Shown piece by piece: positions 39,591 to 50,295 of a DNA stretch of 64,000 nt (positions within the stretch are counted from its first letter, which is position 1; each line of letters starts with the position of its first letter). The position numbers and the translations under genes were made by a program. This DNA comes from Candidatus Kapaibacterium sp. (GTDB taxonomy: Bacteria; Bacteroidota; Ignavibacteria; Kapaibacteriales; JAEUSM01), in assembly GCA_016788785.1 (NCBI GenBank), contig JAEUSM010000017.1, positions 317,670-381,669 of the forward strand, read 5' to 3'. The notes under the pieces are model-generated. The model did no database searches. It saw only the letters and a list, made by a program, of their open reading frames with translations, and had not been told where the DNA came from.

Positions 39591-41008
39591 AAAACTTGAA
39601 AATATATTTTTATTTGATTCCATGTATACTTCTATTGAATAGTTGTATAAATCTGAATCAAACTGTGAGAGAACCAGATTCTAATGCTCCACAGTATTTC
39701 AATCAAGAAGTTGATACTACAAACATTGCTGATATTCAATGGCGAAACTATTTCAAAGACGTGTATTTACAAGCATTGATAGATTCAGCTTTGATAAAAA
39801 ACCAAGAACTCAATATTGTTGCACAAGAAATTGAAATCAGAAAGAATGAAATTCTTTCACGAACAGGTGAGTATCAACCTTCAGTTCGACTGGGAGTCGG
39901 TTCTGGTTTAGAGAAAACAGGAGTATTTACTCGAAATGGAGCAGTTGAAGAGCAACTTACCATAAAAGATGGACAACCATTTCCTTCACTTTTAGGTGAT
40001 TTTGCTCTTGCTGCAAATGCTTCTTGGGAAGTTGATATTTGGCGAAAACTCAGAGATGCTAAAGATGCTTCAATGAAGAATTATTTAGCAAGCATTGAAG
40101 GAAAAAACTTTTTAGTGACACAATTAGTTGCTGAAATTGCAGAAACGTATTATGAGCTATTAGCATTAGACAACTATCTAAAAACTATTAATGAGAACGT
40201 TGAAATTCAAAAGAATGCACTAAAATCTGTAAAACTTCAGAAAGAATCCGCAAAAGCTACTCAATTAGCGGTGAATAGATTTGAAGCTCAACTTCTCAAA
40301 ACAACAAATCGACAATACTCGGTTAAACAACGAATAATTGAAAAAGAAAATCATTTGAACTTTTTAACTGGTCGATTTCCAACGAAAATAGATCGTTCTT
40401 CATTGTTTTTTGAAATCTCAATTGATTCAATAACTGTTGGAATTCCTTCACAATTGTTATCAAATAGACCAGATTTAAAACAAGCAGAATTAGAATTGAT
40501 AGCTTCTAAGTTAGATGTTTCTGTAGCTAAAGCGAATTTTTATCCTTCTCTGAATATTCGAGGTAGTATTGGGTTTAACGCGTTTAATCCAGCTTTTTTG
40601 CTCAATCCAGAGTCATTAATATATAATGCTCTTGGCGATTTAATGGCTCCATTGATTAATAGAAAAGGAATAGAAGCTGCTTACCTCACTGCATCTTCCA
40701 AGCAATTACAAGCTGTTTTTAACTATGAACAAACAATTCTGAAAGCTTTCGTTGATGTACAAAACCAAGTTGCAAAAATTGAAAATTTCTCATCAAGTTA
40801 TGATGTCAAATCAAAAGAAGTTGCTATATTAGAGCAATCTGTAAACATTGCCAATAGTTTGTTTAATTCGGCTCGAGCAGACTATGTGGAGGTGTTACTT
40901 ACACAAGAAGAAGTGTTAGAAGCAAAGTTAGAAAAAATTGAAGCTAAATCGAGCCTTTTGGAAGGAAGAGTACATTTATATAGGTCATTAGGTGGAGGTT
41001 GGAAATAA
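39587..41008 (+). CDS. TolC/NodT-family outer-membrane efflux lipoprotein
   Basis: Lipobox LLNSC; WEVDIWRKLR, LLSNRPDLKQAE, AKANFYPSL, LYRSLGGGW; ATGA overlap with permease. Confidence 0.94.
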   Translation: MKNLKIYFYLIPCILLLNSCINLNQTVREPDSNAPQYFNQEVDTTNIADIQWRNYFKDVYLQALIDSALIKNQELNIVAQEIEIRKNEILSRTGEYQPSVRLGVGSGLEKTGVFTRNGAVEEQLTIKDGQPFPSLLGDFALAANASWEVDIWRKLRDAKDASMKNYLASIEGKNFLVTQLVAEIAETYYELLALDNYLKTINENVEIQKNALKSVKLQKESAKATQLAVNRFEAQLLKTTNRQYSVKQRIIEKENHLNFLTGRFPTKIDRSSLFFEISIDSITVGIPSQLLSNRPDLKQAELELIASKLDVSVAKANFYPSLNIRGSIGFNAFNPAFLLNPESLIYNALGDLMAPLINRKGIEAAYLTASSKQLQAVFNYEQTILKAFVDVQNQVAKIENFSSSYDVKSKEVAILEQSVNIANSLFNSARADYVEVLLTQEEVLEAKLEKIEAKSSLLEGRVHLYRSLGGGWK

Positions 41009-41200
41009 TATGCAGTGAAAATTGCATACGATAAAAAACTATAGGTAAACTACAAGTCAGATAATTGTAAGAATATTCAATACATTCTTGTTTGCCCAAA
41101 TTAAACAATTCTATGTATAAAACGTTTGAATTGAATTATTCTCAAGATAGTTTCTAAAGATTTTCTGATTTTGTAGTTTACTAAAGTTTTAGTTGATATA

Positions 41201-42265
41201 ATGGATACTATACCAAAGCGAATTGAGTTGTTTTTTCGAAGAAAAATTCAGAAGGTTTTTTTAGATGAGAAATCAACAATTGTTCTTCAATCACCGGAAA
41301 AATCAATTGACACTTCTTCACCATTAAAAGTAGTATTTCTACGACAAGATCATCTTGGAGATGTGATAGTTTCCATTCCATTAATTCGTGAACTTCACAA
41401 ACATTTTCCATTGTTTGAATATCAGATTATATTAGGTAAATCGAATTTTTCCTTAGCACCATTTCTACGAAAGTATACAACGAAAGAATGGAAGTATTCG
41501 AAAAAAATCATCGATATAATCCGATTAGTTATGACTTTGAGAAAAGAGCGATTTGATGTTGTTATCGATATACATGACAAAGCATCTTTAACTTCTACAA
41601 TTCTGATTTGGGTGATTAGATCTCGATATTCAATAGGTTTGGCAAAGGGTTCTTCAAAGGTTTTGACGCATCGTGTAGAGCTTCCTGAAGGTCAAATTCC
41701 TCAAGTTGTCGATTTGTATTTGTTGCCATTGTTACCATTTGGAATAAATCCAACTACTGTTGATTATTCATTAGAGTTTCCAAAATCTGAAGTAGTTACA
41801 AAAAATCCTCGTAGAGTTTTCATCAATTTGAATGGATCCCAACGAATCCGTTATTGGGGAACGGAAAATTTTATTCTATGTATTCAAAAGTTACAAACTG
41901 AATTTCCTGATTTTGAGATAGTGGTCTCTTGTACGAAGGATTATGATGAGGAATTACAAGAAATTTTATCAAAAACTACAGCAAATCATACCGGTTATTT
42001 TTCTTCGTTTTTTGAAGTAACTACCGAAATTGACAAAAGTCAATTTGTAATTACCCCAGATACAGTGGTTCCACATATTTGTGAGGCATGGAATATACCG
42101 TGTGTTGTTTTGTATTTACGCTATGATAGCTATACAATGTGGAGACCAAAAACAACTCAGTTTAGACCAGTAATTTCACCAGACGAGATAATGACCTCAA
42201 TTGCACCAGATGATGTCATAGATGCTTTTAAGCAGTTGTATGGGTTAGTGAACCAGTCTCAATAA
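41201..42265 (+). CDS. Glycosyltransferase family 9 (LPS heptosyltransferase-like)
   Basis: FLRQDHLGDVIVSIP, LRKERFDVVID, VITPDTVVPHICEAWNIP. Confidence 0.85.
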   Translation: MDTIPKRIELFFRRKIQKVFLDEKSTIVLQSPEKSIDTSSPLKVVFLRQDHLGDVIVSIPLIRELHKHFPLFEYQIILGKSNFSLAPFLRKYTTKEWKYSKKIIDIIRLVMTLRKERFDVVIDIHDKASLTSTILIWVIRSRYSIGLAKGSSKVLTHRVELPEGQIPQVVDLYLLPLLPFGINPTTVDYSLEFPKSEVVTKNPRRVFINLNGSQRIRYWGTENFILCIQKLQTEFPDFEIVVSCTKDYDEELQEILSKTTANHTGYFSSFFEVTTEIDKSQFVITPDTVVPHICEAWNIPCVVLYLRYDSYTMWRPKTTQFRPVISPDEIMTSIAPDDVIDAFKQLYGLVNQSQ

Positions 42266-43064
42266 ATGATTTATAACCATCAATTGCCTCATTCATTATA
42301 GATTCCCAATCAAAAAATGGAGAAAGCAATCCGTCGTGTAAATGAGCAGAAATACTTGGCATTGGAGCTACCGCCAAAAATGGTCTAAATGTAAACGTCC
42401 ATTTTCCAATGAGAGTATCACTCAAGTGAAAATCAGCAGCTCCATAACTTGTTCTATAAAGTAAATCATAATACTTTTTGACGTTTTTACCTTCAAGAAG
42501 AAACGTAAACGTTACATTAGGAATTTGATTCCAATAACTATTCGAAGTTTCAAAAATAAAGGAAAATGCACGTTGAGATGGAGTATAATAACCTTTTTGA
42601 TTCGTAGGATGTAACATCAAAGGTTTGTTAAACAAATTTCCAATGAAAAAATTCGGAAATTTAAGAAAATATTTTAATTTAAGCACTTCTTTTCGTTCAC
42701 TCAAAAATGCGTCAATAATATTCATTGCGTTTTGAGTAAATAGATAATCATCCTCACAAAAAAACACCCAATCTTCATCGTTGAAAGTTTGAGCTAATCT
42801 GAGTGTTGTTCTGATAGATTCGTGATTACCTAATTCTTCGGTATAGTTATGCAAAGTAACATTAGGGAACAATTTGAAGAACTGTATCATCTCATCGGAG
42901 AGTCTATCACCAACAATATCAATAGTATAATCATAGCCCTGCATTGTTCGATATAAACTAAAAAAACACGCTTTGATAATTGTTTTTTTATCTAAGTTAA
43001 ATACTCTTGGTGCATTATGAACTGAATTGACAATATCGCAACATCGAAATATGATTCTATACAT
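42228..43064 (-). CDS. Putative GT-A fold glycosyltransferase
   Basis: IVGDRLS, WVFFCEDDYL DxD-like motif; located between two GT9 genes. Confidence 0.6.
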   Translation of the reverse strand: MYRIIFRCCDIVNSVHNAPRVFNLDKKTIIKACFFSLYRTMQGYDYTIDIVGDRLSDEMIQFFKLFPNVTLHNYTEELGNHESIRTTLRLAQTFNDEDWVFFCEDDYLFTQNAMNIIDAFLSERKEVLKLKYFLKFPNFFIGNLFNKPLMLHPTNQKGYYTPSQRAFSFIFETSNSYWNQIPNVTFTFLLEGKNVKKYYDLLYRTSYGAADFHLSDTLIGKWTFTFRPFLAVAPMPSISAHLHDGLLSPFFDWESIMNEAIDGYKSFIETGSLTHTTA

Positions 43065-43111
43065 TGATTTTCCTTGAAGAATTCAAACTAAAGTGCAAAT
43101 CGGTGTTTTTT

Positions 43112-44227
43112 TTATGAAGAATGAACAGCATAGTTTCCTTGCATCAACGCTTGAAACTCAACAAAAATTTCATCTGCTTTGAAAGAGGCACTGTATTGAT
43201 CTCCATCCGTTTTAGCAAAACGAAATTTTGAATGTTTGGGCCTCCAATCCGAAGGTGCCAATGTAGAATATATTTCGAGTAACGGTATATCCAAAGAGGC
43301 AGCAACGTGTGTAATAGCAGTATTTGGCGAAATGACAGCCTCTGATCGTTCTATCAATGCAATTGTATCATTAATATTTTTAGTTGCTGGAAAACTGATG
43401 ACATTTGTACCAAAATGTGATAACAACATATCCACAGTTTGTTGATCTTTGGGTATTGACAGTAATACAATACTGAAATGAGGAAATGCTTCTAAAATCA
43501 TTTCAATCAACCCAATGTGTGTTTGATCTGTTAGTTGACGGCGAATATCACTTGCAGAGATATTATAAGCAATAAACTGATTTGGAGTGTTCATTTGTTG
43601 TAAAAAATTTACAACATACTCTTTACTTGTTTGAGGTACGATAAGTGGTGTCAACATGTACGATGGATTATACTCAATTGCAAAAAGTATTGAAAACCAT
43701 CGAAGTAAGACCTCTGTCATGGTATAGTCTTCAAAAGGAATAGAAGACATTATTGAAAAAATTTTGGAATAAACGTCAAATCTATTTTGAACAAATCCAA
43801 CCGTAATGGTGTTTTTCGATTGAATTATTTGGCAAAACGAACCATACCGAGATTTTTTACTCAAAACTAATGATACGATACAATCATAGTTGTTTTTACG
43901 TAATTGTCTAAAGAAAAAGTATCTACGAACAATACTTTTGGGTAGCAAATATTTTTGCGCAACATTAGGATTGTCTTGTAAGACAGAAACGTTATATTGG
44001 GTACATAATACATCAATTTGTAAATGTGGAAATGTATCTTTGAGCATTTGAAATAATGGAAGTGATACTATCATATCACCAATCCTATCATCTCGAATTA
44101 ATAATATTCTTTTCATTGAATGCCCATCCAAAGGAAGAGACGCTTCTTTACTTTTGACAAAAAAAGATGCCAATTTGTACATTGGCAGTCGTAACGATTG
44201 TTCAATACTTTGTAAAAACGTGGTCAT
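43112..44227 (-). CDS. Glycosyltransferase family 9
   Basis: ILLIRDDRIGDMIVSLP, LRKNNYD, VISPNTAITHVAASLDIP; start 44227 preferred (ORF track 44281). Confidence 0.85.
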   Translation of the reverse strand: MTTFLQSIEQSLRLPMYKLASFFVKSKEASLPLDGHSMKRILLIRDDRIGDMIVSLPLFQMLKDTFPHLQIDVLCTQYNVSVLQDNPNVAQKYLLPKSIVRRYFFFRQLRKNNYDCIVSLVLSKKSRYGSFCQIIQSKNTITVGFVQNRFDVYSKIFSIMSSIPFEDYTMTEVLLRWFSILFAIEYNPSYMLTPLIVPQTSKEYVVNFLQQMNTPNQFIAYNISASDIRRQLTDQTHIGLIEMILEAFPHFSIVLLSIPKDQQTVDMLLSHFGTNVISFPATKNINDTIALIERSEAVISPNTAITHVAASLDIPLLEIYSTLAPSDWRPKHSKFRFAKTDGDQYSASFKADEIFVEFQALMQGNYAVHSS

Positions 44228-44231
44228 TAAC

Positions 44232-45119
44232 CTATCGACCTCCGAAATATGTAGACTCAGTAAAGTTCTGATCAAAATCACCTTTTTCTTTTGTCGGTGT
44301 TATGTGAACCCCTTTTGTTATTGTTGCAAATACCTTTGTTGCCTGTTCGATATCTAAGGTAATTCTATTCATAGTTTCTTGCAAAGATTTTGTATGGTTT
44401 GCTATCCATTCACTATTTTCAATACTGTCTTTAAACGTGTATGGTTCTTTGGAATAATATGCAGAGATTCTTTTTTGTTCGTTAGTAATTTTTCTATTAA
44501 GAAAAGAAATTTCTGCTTCTAAACGCTCTTTTTCGGACGTAGGAGATGTAAACATATTTGGAGATAATAATTGTTTGCAAACTATTGAATGATAGGTTCG
44601 CAATCGCTGAATATTTTGCTTTTCATAAGATTCTTGAACATTACTCCAAAACAGTTCAAAAAGTTTTTCATCTTTTTGTGATGAATCAGGATGTAACTTC
44701 TTTACTAATTCTTTGTACAATCTTGACATTTCTTCAGTTAAAGAATTATTTGTAGAAACTACTGTTGATGCTGATTCTTGAAGACCAAAAGTCGATTTTT
44801 TTTCTGTAGTTTTAAACTTTGCATATTCTTTTTGAACAAACATCAACACAAATTCCACTACTTTCTCGGTTATTTCTTCTCCTCGTTGATATTTGAGAAG
44901 TAATAATTCATTCACTCGTTGTTTTTCAGATAATTGCAACGTAAGTTCTTGAATTTTTACTTCAAACTCTCGAAAATGAGCATCATATTTATGTCGTAAT
45001 TCAGGAAGTAGTACATTTTCCAACTGCTCCAAATTGAGTAAAATTTCACGTAAAGTATGTACCTTTTCAGTATAACTTATTCGTAATGTTTCGAGTGATT
45101 GATCAACAATTATTTCCAT
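44232..45119 (-). CDS. Coiled-coil protein with internal J-domain-like segment
   Basis: RLYKELVKKLHPD (HPD motif) followed by helix WSNVQESYE; flanking heptad-rich coils. Confidence 0.65.
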   Translation of the reverse strand: MEIIVDQSLETLRISYTEKVHTLREILLNLEQLENVLLPELRHKYDAHFREFEVKIQELTLQLSEKQRVNELLLLKYQRGEEITEKVVEFVLMFVQKEYAKFKTTEKKSTFGLQESASTVVSTNNSLTEEMSRLYKELVKKLHPDSSQKDEKLFELFWSNVQESYEKQNIQRLRTYHSIVCKQLLSPNMFTSPTSEKERLEAEISFLNRKITNEQKRISAYYSKEPYTFKDSIENSEWIANHTKSLQETMNRITLDIEQATKVFATITKGVHITPTKEKGDFDQNFTESTYFGGR

Positions 45120-45120
45120 A

Positions 45121-45948
45121 TTACTGTAGAACGTTTGTTGAAAAATTTTGAAGTTTACTTTGCAAAACTCTAAATAGTTCTACTGTCTTTTTGTACTGTT
45201 CTTCATTTGGAGTAAATTCTCCATACCAAACATATTCAAATATCAAAACAAGTTCTTCAAATTCACTTCGAATTTCATCATTTTTGAGTTCTTGAACATA
45301 TTCACGATTTGTTTTTTGGGTCTCCCAATGAATAAGGTCAACAGAATCTAATAGTTTCAACAACGATAAAAACTGGAGTCTAATAGCCAAACGATATTTT
45401 TTTTGTTCTTCGGCATTCAATATTTCACTCACAAAGTCTATTTCATGAATATTCTCCTCGATGAAAGTCAGTCCAGACGTCTTTTTGCTTTTTTTGTAAA
45501 ACAAGAAACGTAATTTCGATTTATAAAAAAAGAAAATAATTAACCCCAAAAGAACAAAGGTTATTGTGTATAGTACGATGTCTCTGTTTGGAAGTGCTTC
45601 AAAAACATTTTTTGCAAACAATGGACCAAATAATTTCTCAAGTAACCAAATGAAATATCTTTTTACAGTATCAAAAAACTTATCTAAAGCAGAGGTAAAA
45701 CTATAATCTTCGTTATAAATAAAGTCGTCAGAAGCACGGTAGGTATTCATTGCTTTTTCTGAAAACGTTTTCTTTTCAAGCAAAGAGGTATCTTTTGGAA
45801 TCGTGACAATTCTTTCTTGAGGAGAATAACTTGCTAATGAATCTGTTACTACTTGCGGAGATGCTTTGGTGCTATCCACTTGAACAGTGTCAGCATTCAT
45901 AAATTGCAATGAAACGATAAACCCGAATACGTAAAGAAGTTGTTTCAT
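45121..45948 (-). CDS. DUF4129-like membrane protein
   Basis: Signal peptide, TM, then YRLAIRLQFLSLLKLL..I.W..KTNREY..F..VWYGEF; start 45948 preferred (ORF track 46056). Confidence 0.75.
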   Translation of the reverse strand: MKQLLYVFGFIVSLQFMNADTVQVDSTKASPQVVTDSLASYSPQERIVTIPKDTSLLEKKTFSEKAMNTYRASDDFIYNEDYSFTSALDKFFDTVKRYFIWLLEKLFGPLFAKNVFEALPNRDIVLYTITFVLLGLIIFFFYKSKLRFLFYKKSKKTSGLTFIEENIHEIDFVSEILNAEEQKKYRLAIRLQFLSLLKLLDSVDLIHWETQKTNREYVQELKNDEIRSEFEELVLIFEYVWYGEFTPNEEQYKKTVELFRVLQSKLQNFSTNVLQ

Positions 45949-45958
45949 TAAAGGAGAT

Positions 45959-46606
45959 TTACCTAAAAAAAGATGGTTGTAAAAACGGATTGTACATTTT
46001 TTCTTCACCAATTGTTGTTGCAGGTCCATGCCCAGGTAAAACAACTGTAGACTCATCTACAGGAAAAAGTCGGGATTGAATGGAATGTAAAAGAGTTTCC
46101 ATATCACCACCTGGTAAATCTGTTCTTCCTATACTCCGTTGAAAAAGTGTATCGCCAACGATGGCGAACGATTCACTTTCAGAATAAAAACAAACACTAC
46201 CTTCGGTATGACCAGGAGTATGAATAACTGAAAATGTTAATTCAGGACTAAAGGAGATAGTTGTAGAATCTTGTAAATACACGTCTATGTTCATTGACTC
46301 AATTTCGAATGGCAATTCCCAAAGAGTATGTTCCATCGGATTGGTTAATCTATATTCATCAAAAGCATGACAATAGATAGGAGCTTGTGTCATTTTTTGT
46401 AACGTCGGTGCATCGGCAGTATGATCCCAATGAGAATGTGTAAGAAGAATTGCTGCTAATTGCAGGGATTCTTCACAAAGTAATTGTAAAAATGGCTCTG
46501 CAGAACCATAGGGACAATCGACCACAACAGCAATTTTTGCCTTGTCATCATAGACTAAATAACCATTCGTATCGACAGGACCAGATTCTAAGGTAACAAT
46601 GTTCAT
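45959..46606 (-). CDS. MBL-fold metallo-hydrolase (glyoxalase II/YcbL-like)
   Basis: LLTHSHWDH, HTPGHTEGS, GDTLF..SIGRTDLPGG, LPGHGP.TTIG.E; start 46606 preferred. Confidence 0.9.
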   Translation of the reverse strand: MNIVTLESGPVDTNGYLVYDDKAKIAVVVDCPYGSAEPFLQLLCEESLQLAAILLTHSHWDHTADAPTLQKMTQAPIYCHAFDEYRLTNPMEHTLWELPFEIESMNIDVYLQDSTTISFSPELTFSVIHTPGHTEGSVCFYSESESFAIVGDTLFQRSIGRTDLPGGDMETLLHSIQSRLFPVDESTVVLPGHGPATTIGEEKMYNPFLQPSFFR

Positions 46607-46742
46607 AGACGATAAAAAGTAATAAACGTACACAATCTACAGAAATTTACACAATAATACACAATTTTCATAGTAGTTTCACCGTTGTTGTAGTATTTTA
46701 GAACAATTTTTTATACCACAAATATATACGTAAGGAAGACTT

Positions 46743-47918
46743 ATGGGAACTAATGTTATTTTGTCAGCTGCAAGAACGCCAATTGGAGCATTTTTAGGTT
46801 CTTTGTCAGACCAATCAGCACCGCAATTAGGTGCAGTCGCAATAAAAGAAGCTGTTTGTAGAGCTGGAATAGATGTTGCTTCAGTAAGTGAAGTGATTAT
46901 GGGGAACGTATTAACTGGCGGAGTGGGTCAAGCTCCTGCTCGTCAAGCAACTATATATGCAGGTTTACCAAATTCTGTTCCTGCAATGACTATCAATAAA
47001 GTTTGTGGTAGCGGTTTAAAAGCAGTAATGTTAGCAGATCAAGCTTTAACTTGTGGTGATGCAGAGATTGTTGTTGCTGGTGGACAAGAATCAATGTCAA
47101 ATGCACCATATTTTCTTCCTAATGCACGCAATGGGTTCAAAATGGGCAATTCCAACGTTGTGGATATGATGATTCACGACGGATTATGGGATGTTTATAA
47201 TAATTTTCACATGGGTATCGCAGCAGAAATGTGTGCCGATTCTTGTAAAATTTCTCGGGAAGCACAAGATGAATACACAATCCGCAGTTACGAATTAGCT
47301 TTAGAAGCACAAAAAAATGGATACTTCACCGATGAAATCATACCTGTCACAATCCAATCGAAAAAAGAAACTCGCATAGTTTCCGAAGATGAAGAACCTT
47401 CAAAAGTAAAATTCGATAAAATTCCTTCCTTACGTCCAGTATTCAAATCTGACGGAACAGTTACAGCTGCAAACGCATCGTCAATCGACGATGGAGCTGC
47501 AGCACTTGTTGTTGCAACAGAACAAAAAGCACAACAACTAGGCGTTAAGCCATTGGCAAGAATAATTGCACATGCATCATTTGCTCAAAGTCCAGAACTT
47601 TTTACAACATCTCCGATATTTGGAATCGAAAAAGTTTTAGCAAAAGCAGGAATGACTTTAGATCAAATTGACTTGTTCGAAATCAATGAAGCGTTTGCTG
47701 TAGTATCATTAGCAACAAAAAATCAATTGAATATTCCTTTAGAGAAAATAAACATTCATGGTGGAGCTATCGCATTGGGACATCCAATTGGTGCAAGTGG
47801 TGCCAGAATTCTCACAACACTCATTTACGCACTGAAAAGAGTTGGAAAACGTTATGGATTAGCTACCTTGTGTATCGGTGGTGGTGAAGCAAGTGCTATG
47901 ATAATTGAAGTTTTATAA
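46743..47918 (+). CDS. Acetyl-CoA C-acetyltransferase (thiolase)
   Basis: INKVCGSGLKA, GGQESMS, NASSIDDGAA, EINEAF, HGGAIALGHPIGASG, LCIGGG. Confidence 0.96.
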   Translation: MGTNVILSAARTPIGAFLGSLSDQSAPQLGAVAIKEAVCRAGIDVASVSEVIMGNVLTGGVGQAPARQATIYAGLPNSVPAMTINKVCGSGLKAVMLADQALTCGDAEIVVAGGQESMSNAPYFLPNARNGFKMGNSNVVDMMIHDGLWDVYNNFHMGIAAEMCADSCKISREAQDEYTIRSYELALEAQKNGYFTDEIIPVTIQSKKETRIVSEDEEPSKVKFDKIPSLRPVFKSDGTVTAANASSIDDGAAALVVATEQKAQQLGVKPLARIIAHASFAQSPELFTTSPIFGIEKVLAKAGMTLDQIDLFEINEAFAVVSLATKNQLNIPLEKINIHGGAIALGHPIGASGARILTTLIYALKRVGKRYGLATLCIGGGEASAMIIEVL

Positions 47919-47939
47919 TCCTAATCTACAAATAGAATA

Positions 47940-49322
47940 ATGCCAAATAAAGTTGTAACCCTCATACCGGGCGATGGAATCGGTCCGGAAATCGCAGCCT
48001 CAATTGTAAAAATTTTCGAAGCAGCAGAAGTTCCTATCACATGGGAATATGCAGATGCTGGTTTAGTTGCGAATGAAAAATATGGAACACCACTTCCAGA
48101 CTCCACAATGGAATCTATTCGCAAAAATAGAATTGCACTCAAAGGTCCAACAACAACCCCTGTTGGTGGTGGTCACAAAAGTGTCAATGTTACCATTCGC
48201 AAATCCTTAGATTTATATGCAAATGTTCGTCCAGCACGTACATTGCCAAATGTAAAAACTCCATTTGAAAATATTGATTTACTGTTGGTTCGTGAAAATG
48301 TTGAAGATACGTATGGTGGAATTGAACATTTTCAATCACCTGATTATGCTCAATGTTTAAAAGTAATTACAAGACCAGGCTCAGAAACAGTATTTCGTTA
48401 TGCTTTTGAAGCAGCTGTACAGTTGAACCGTAAAAAAATTACTTGTGTTCACAAAGCTAATATCCATAAAATTACCGATGGTTTATTCTTAGAAGTGTTT
48501 TACGATGTAGCAAAAGAATATCCGCAAATCGAGGCTAATGATATCATTGTAGATAACTGCTGTATGCAATTGGTGACAAAACCAGAAAACTTTGATGTTT
48601 TAGTATTGCCAAATCTATATGGTGATATCGTATCAGATTTGTGTGCTGGGTTAGTTGGTGGATTGGGTGTTGCCCCAGGTGGAAACATCGGTCATCATCA
48701 AGCTGTTTTTGAAGCAGTTCATGGATCTGCTCCAGATATTGCTGGTAAAAATATGGCAAATCCAACAGCATTGTTACTTTCTTCTATCCAAATGCTTCGT
48801 TTTTTAGGTCTTTTCCATGCTGCAGATAGAATTGAAAAGGCATTACGTCTAACATTATCTTCTGGAATTAAAACCCGTGATTTAGGTGGAAATGCAACTA
48901 CTGATGAGTTCACAAGAGCCTTGGTGAGTGAACTTCCTCCAAAAACGAAAGATGAAGAATTTGTCGAACCTCCAGATACAAAATCTAAAATTGCTGTTGC
49001 AACCAAAGGTACTTGGGAATGTGTTGGTGTTGATATGTTTATCCAATCGGAAACGTTACCACCTATGCCACAATCTGTAGGAAATTTAGATTTAACCATG
49101 ATGTCAAACCGTGGTACAAAAGTATATCCAGGACCAATGCCAGATATATTGATTGTAGATGTACACAGATGCCGTTATATTCCGAAAAATGGCATTGTTT
49201 CCAATGATGATATCATGAAACTAATGAAAGCACTTGAAGAAAAGTCTATCAAATGGATGCATGTTGAAAAACTCCATAACTTTAATGGAAAATCGATGTA
49301 TTCTAAAGCTCAAGGCGAATAA
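47940..49322 (+). CDS. icd: Isocitrate dehydrogenase (IDH/IPMDH superfamily) with C-terminal extension
   Basis: GDGIGPEI, ALKGPTTTP, SVNVTIRK, RENVEDTYGGIE, HKANI, PNLYGDIVSD, EAVHGSAPDIAG; C-terminal domain MMSNRGTKVYP...YSKAQGE. Confidence 0.9.
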   Translation: MPNKVVTLIPGDGIGPEIAASIVKIFEAAEVPITWEYADAGLVANEKYGTPLPDSTMESIRKNRIALKGPTTTPVGGGHKSVNVTIRKSLDLYANVRPARTLPNVKTPFENIDLLLVRENVEDTYGGIEHFQSPDYAQCLKVITRPGSETVFRYAFEAAVQLNRKKITCVHKANIHKITDGLFLEVFYDVAKEYPQIEANDIIVDNCCMQLVTKPENFDVLVLPNLYGDIVSDLCAGLVGGLGVAPGGNIGHHQAVFEAVHGSAPDIAGKNMANPTALLLSSIQMLRFLGLFHAADRIEKALRLTLSSGIKTRDLGGNATTDEFTRALVSELPPKTKDEEFVEPPDTKSKIAVATKGTWECVGVDMFIQSETLPPMPQSVGNLDLTMMSNRGTKVYPGPMPDILIVDVHRCRYIPKNGIVSNDDIMKLMKALEEKSIKWMHVEKLHNFNGKSMYSKAQGE

Positions 49323-49347
49323 GAATTTATAGAGATTTTGAAAATAC

Positions 49348-49384
49348 AATGTAGTGAGAGATTATTCTCACTACATTTTTTTTT
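49348..49384 (+). terminator. Intrinsic terminator after thiolase-icd
   Basis: AATGTAGTGAGA-GATTAT-TCTCACTACATT plus T tract. Confidence 0.85.
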
Positions 49385-49418
49385 ATCTTCGTAACCATGA
49401 AAAAAAAATGAGTCAAAA

Positions 49419-50162
49419 ATGAGCATTGAAAAAATCATCGATGAACTTCATACTATCACCTTAGAAAATTACTCAAACTGCAATAGAATGGGGATATTTT
49501 CTGCAGTCTACTGTCGCACAACAAATGCGATTCATCAAGCAATTATAGAAAAAAGATTTGAAGACCCTAAAAGAATGGAAGAATTAGATGTTCATTTTGC
49601 TCTTCGGTACATTGATGCTTACAAAGGATATCTTTGTGGTAAACCAATAACGCAATCTTGGTTTACTGCATTTGAAGCCTCAAAGAAAAATGATTATCTT
49701 TTACTTCAACATTTATTGGTTGGGATGAATACACATATTATGTTAGATTTGGCAGTTTCTTCAGCAAAGATATCTCCCAAAGATGCCATACATTCTCTCA
49801 AAAATGACTTTATGACTGTCAATGATGTACTTTTTGAACTTATCAATGATTTTCAGGAAATAGTAAATATCAATGCTCCGTTGTTAAAAATTTTTGATGT
49901 TGTAGGTCTTAATCTTGACGAATTTCTTATTGCCAAAGGAATAGAGAATGCACGTAGAAAAGCTTGGGAATTCGCTGTACAATTAGCATATTTAGAAGGT
50001 GAAGATTTCGTTGAAACTGTCCATTCAATTGATATTGAAGTTGCAAATAATAGCACAAAAATTCTCAAGACACCAACAGTACTTTCACCATTGTATTGGT
50101 TTATCTCAAAAACCCAAAAAAGCCAAATATTTGCAATTCCGCGATTGTTGCAAGGTCGGTAA
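49419..50162 (+). CDS. DUF5995-like protein
   Basis: FSAVYCRTT, LDVHFALRYIDAY, W..AF, QHLLVGMNTHI..DL. Confidence 0.75.
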   Translation: MSIEKIIDELHTITLENYSNCNRMGIFSAVYCRTTNAIHQAIIEKRFEDPKRMEELDVHFALRYIDAYKGYLCGKPITQSWFTAFEASKKNDYLLLQHLLVGMNTHIMLDLAVSSAKISPKDAIHSLKNDFMTVNDVLFELINDFQEIVNINAPLLKIFDVVGLNLDEFLIAKGIENARRKAWEFAVQLAYLEGEDFVETVHSIDIEVANNSTKILKTPTVLSPLYWFISKTQKSQIFAIPRLLQGR

Positions 50163-50295
50163 CTGACAGAAAATATTTACAAAGTTTCGAAAAAAACAAA
50201 TGTGATGTCGTAATTTTATTGTATTTTTGTAGTAAAATGTAACAAAATCACGAACATAGGTGTTTTTGTTGTTAGAACCATTGACAATTGACTAC

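Noticed and set aside
49000-49322. Icd C-terminal extension as a novel fusion
   Set aside because: This extra domain is, as I recall, a known feature of the Rickettsia/Thermus-type isocitrate dehydrogenases.
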